Both the position numbers and the translations under genes were made by a program. A stretch of 63,561 bases of DNA, filler included, from Reclinomonas americana ATCC 50394 (lineage: Eukaryota), in assembly GCA_048213135.1 (NCBI GenBank). It is 25 parts of 25 records of this genome, joined end to end, with 100 filler letters (N's around TTAATTAATTAA, not from the genome) between each part and the next. Parts side by side here need not be neighbours in the genome. Positions count along the whole stretch, not along the records: positions 59,946 to 62,376 come from AFZH01024318.1; positions 62,477 to 63,561 come from AFZH01024323.1; 23 more parts are not named here. One strand, given 5' to 3'. Numbering within the stretch: position 1 is the stretch's first letter; the number at the start of each line of letters is the position of its first letter. Positions 60,801 through 63,561 of the stretch are shown one piece after another. The notes beneath the pieces were generated by a model. That model made no database searches, was not told where the DNA came from, and saw nothing but the letters and a program-made list of their open reading frames with translations.

Positions 60801-61975
60801 CAAACCATGGAGAAAGACAACGCACTTGATGTGATAGTGAATGTGGCCTGTGACGATCCACCGGCACCGTCGCTTACCGTCACGACGACTTGCAGACTCG
60901 AGCCGACCAGACCCGCGACACTGGAGCGCAGAGTGGTTCCATTGATCTCAAACGACGCCTGATCGGCACCGCCAGTGATGGAGAACGACAGTGTCTGGCC
61001 CGTGTTCACGTCGGTCGCCGAGAGCGTGCCAATAGTTCCATGGAGAGCGAGAGGCGGCTGGCACACCAGGGTCGACAGCACGGGCGACGACGGCGACACA
61101 TTGGCTGCACACAGACGGCGTGACTAACTCTAAAAAGGCAAGTTGTGTGAGCGTATGTGTGTGTGAATGCACACCTTCGTTAATGACAAATGAACTTGCG
61201 GCTGAGCCACCGGCGCCGTCGCTGACCGTCACTGTCACTTGCAGGCCGTTGCCAGTGAGACCGGCCACATTGGCACGGAGACTGTTGCCGCTGATATTGA
61301 ACATGGACTGATTGGCGCCTCCAGTGACAGCGTACGTCAGCGTCTGGCCCGTGTTCACGTCGCTTGACGAGAGCAGGCCAATGACACCGTTGAGTGCCAG
61401 CGGAGGAATGTAGGTGTTGGTCGAGATCTAGAGGGTGGGATCAGTTGGAGACACATTGGCTGCGATTCACGTGAGTATGGCAAACATCATACGCACAATG
61501 GCAATGCGAATCACCTTCGTTGATGAGGAAAGTGCTCGAGTTGCTGCCACCAGCGCCGTCGGAGACGGTGACCGTGACTTGCAGGCCGCTGCCGGTGAGG
61601 CCCGCGACAGCAGAGACAAGATCGGAACCGACCAGAGAGGAGGAGGCCTGCGCGGTACCGCCGGTGACGGTGAACGACAGCGTCTGGCCCGTATTCACGT
61701 CGGTGGCGGCGAGTGTGCCAATGGCGGCTACAAGGGCCAGCGGGGGGACATACGTGCTGGTGGACAGCACTGGTGCAGTCGGTATCACATTGCCTGTGGA
61801 CAAAGAAGCACAAATGAGAACCTGCAAGCCACGAAACACTGAATGCAGTTCTCGCAACTCTCGTTGATGATGAACGTCGATGAGTTTGAACCACCGGCTC
61901 CGTCTGGCACAGTGATTCCTCTTGAAGACCGCGCTGACGTAGGTTGGCGTGAGCTGCGCGCGCAGTGTCGACAAG
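53978..61975 (-). CDS. Large cadherin-like repeat protein, about 20 repeats over three contigs, multi-exon, with several indels
   Basis: Same repeat consensus and phase-1 boundary introns as 26796-29094. Confidence 0.85.
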
Positions 61976-62476
61976 TAAATGCGAGATTGAGAAATGAGAG
62001 GAGGAGAGACAGGCAATAAATGCTGGAGAAAGACGAAGAGAGAGACGAGATGAACGGAGGAGAATGCGTGTGCACGAGAGAACAAAAAAAGAGAGAGATA
62101 GTGTGAATCAAGAGAGAGAGAGAGAGGGAGAGGGCGGGTGATCGCGTGAGAAGAACAAAAAGTACAAATTAGAAGAGCAAGAGAAAGAGAGGAGAAGAAG
62201 AAGAAGGAGGAGGAGGAGGAGAAGAAGAAGAAGAGGAAGAAGAAAGGAGGCTGATTCACGATTATTGTACCACGCACACAAACAACGAGAATGCGACGGA
62301 GTACAGAATGAGAAAGTGGGGCGAAGGACACAAGAACGTCGCGTGCATTCTTCCCAACGTATGTATACGTACAACTNNNNNNNNNNNNNNNNNNNNNNNN
62401 NNNNNNNNNNNNNNNNNNNNTTAATTAATTAANNNNNNNNNNNNNNNNNNNNNNNNNNNNNNNNNNNNNNNNNNNN

Positions 62477-62986
62477 AATCTCCGCCCATTTATCCGCCTT
62501 GGGATCGTAGACGAAGCAGCGCGGATGCGGCTTGCGGTTCTGCTCGAGAAAGCCGCCGATGGCGTAGAGCCTGCCGTCGAGGAAGGCGACGCCGACATGG
62601 TTGGCGCCCTGCGGCAGCGGCGCGCCGTCGCTCCATTTGTCGGCTTTGGGATCGTAGACATGGTGATAGGCCCGGTCGGTGCGCTGCTCGCCATAGCCGC
62701 CGACGATGTGCATGCGGTCGTCATGGGCCGCTGCCCAGGCCATTTCCGAACGCGGCAGCGGCAGCAGCGCCTTCGTGCTCCAGCGCCCGGGACTGGTGGC
62801 CTTGGGCGCCGGTGAATCGAAGACGTTCTGCGAGGCGGCGAGCTCGGGCTTGCCGATGCGGCCGGGCTGGCTCAGCCGCTCGTAATGGCCGCCATGATGC
62901 TCGTGGCCGGGCTGCTGGGCGAGGGCGGGGGTGGCGAGACCGGCGGCCCCGGCGGCGATGAAACTGCGGCGGCTCAGCTTGGTCAT
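62477..62986 (-). CDS. Tat-exported Kelch-repeat protein (3' partial)
   Basis: MTKLSRRSFIAAG twin-arginine signal; Kelch GG...YDP..DKW repeats; GGAGG RBS. Confidence 0.9.
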
Positions 62987-63092
62987 GATGCGTCCTCCCC
63001 TGATGAACCTACGGCCCGCACGGGCGTTGGCAATGGGCGCCGCCGGCGTGCAAGCTGGCGATGGAATCACGACCTGGTGAAAGGCGAGCCGC

Positions 63093-63561
63093 ATGACGCG
63101 CTGGCAATGGCTTCTGGCGCAGTTCACGCGACGGCTCTGGGTGCGCTCGGCCCTGTTCTCGCTGCTTGGCGCGCTGACGGCGCTCGTGGCGATCTGGCTG
63201 AAGCCGTTCATTCCGCCGGCCGTCTCGGTCCGGATCGGCGCCGACGCCGTCGATAATGTGCTCGGCATCATGGCATCGAGCATGTTGGCAGTGACGACCT
63301 TCTCGCTCGGCGCCATGGTCTCGGCCTACGCCGCTGCGGCGACCGGCGTCACGCCACGGGCGACGATGCTGCTGCTGCAGGACACCAAGGCCCAGAACGC
63401 GCTCTCGACCTTCATCGGCGCCTTCCTGTTCAGCATCGTCGGCATCGTGGCGCTCAGCACCGGCGTCTATGGCGGCGAGGGGCGCGCCGTCCTCTTCATC
63501 GCGACCATCGCGGTGATCGCCCTCGTGGTGGTCACCCTGCTACGCTGGATCGAATACCTGT
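63093..63561 (+). CDS. DUF2254-family membrane protein (3' partial; not in the ORF track)
   Basis: MTRWQWLLAQFTRRLWVR...LGIMASSMLAVTTFSL...TPRA..LL.D...QNALSTFIGAFLFS. Confidence 0.85.
   Translation, partial: MTRWQWLLAQFTRRLWVRSALFSLLGALTALVAIWLKPFIPPAVSVRIGADAVDNVLGIMASSMLAVTTFSLGAMVSAYAAAATGVTPRATMLLLQDTKAQNALSTFIGAFLFSIVGIVALSTGVYGGEGRAVLFIATIAVIALVVVTLLRWIEYL

Overview
This window is not one locus. It is about 25 assembly fragments joined by an artificial N-run/TTAATTAATTAA/N-run linker, and it comes from at least three kinds of organism. Several genes continue in order across linkers, so many linkers are intra-scaffold gaps. (1) Alphaproteobacterial-type DNA: a Vsr + C5-methyltransferase + serine recombinase + XRE island (1-4430); a divergent RpfF/DSF-synthase-like crotonase followed by a membrane PAS-GGDEF-EAL protein, a flavoprotein oxidoreductase and a TPR-methyltransferase (29195-35733); and Kelch and DUF2254 genes (62477-63561). 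(2) A high-GC actinobacterial (Microbacteriaceae-like) polymorphic toxin/immunity locus (35834-44248). It has two WXG100/CpnT-N-like genes sharing an upstream palindrome and -10 geometry, a PD-(D/E)xK nuclease toxin, an Ntox15 tip with Tdi1-type immunity, further immunity-like genes, an FHA-HTH regulator and mdh. (3) An intron-rich flagellated eukaryote: an inner-arm dynein heavy chain, a tandem TPR-like gene family, a PTS2-bearing GNAT, an INTS13/Asunder homologue with an inserted FYRN/FYRC domain, U2AF35, and large cadherin-like repeat genes. The strongest observations are a recurrent non-standard 5' splice donor GTTGCG(T) in this eukaryote, a CAG|G heptamer array inside the U2AF35 intron, the INTS13-FYR architecture, and the two-gene T7SS-like toxin modules with a shared operator. 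All family assignments are from motif recognition, not database searches.
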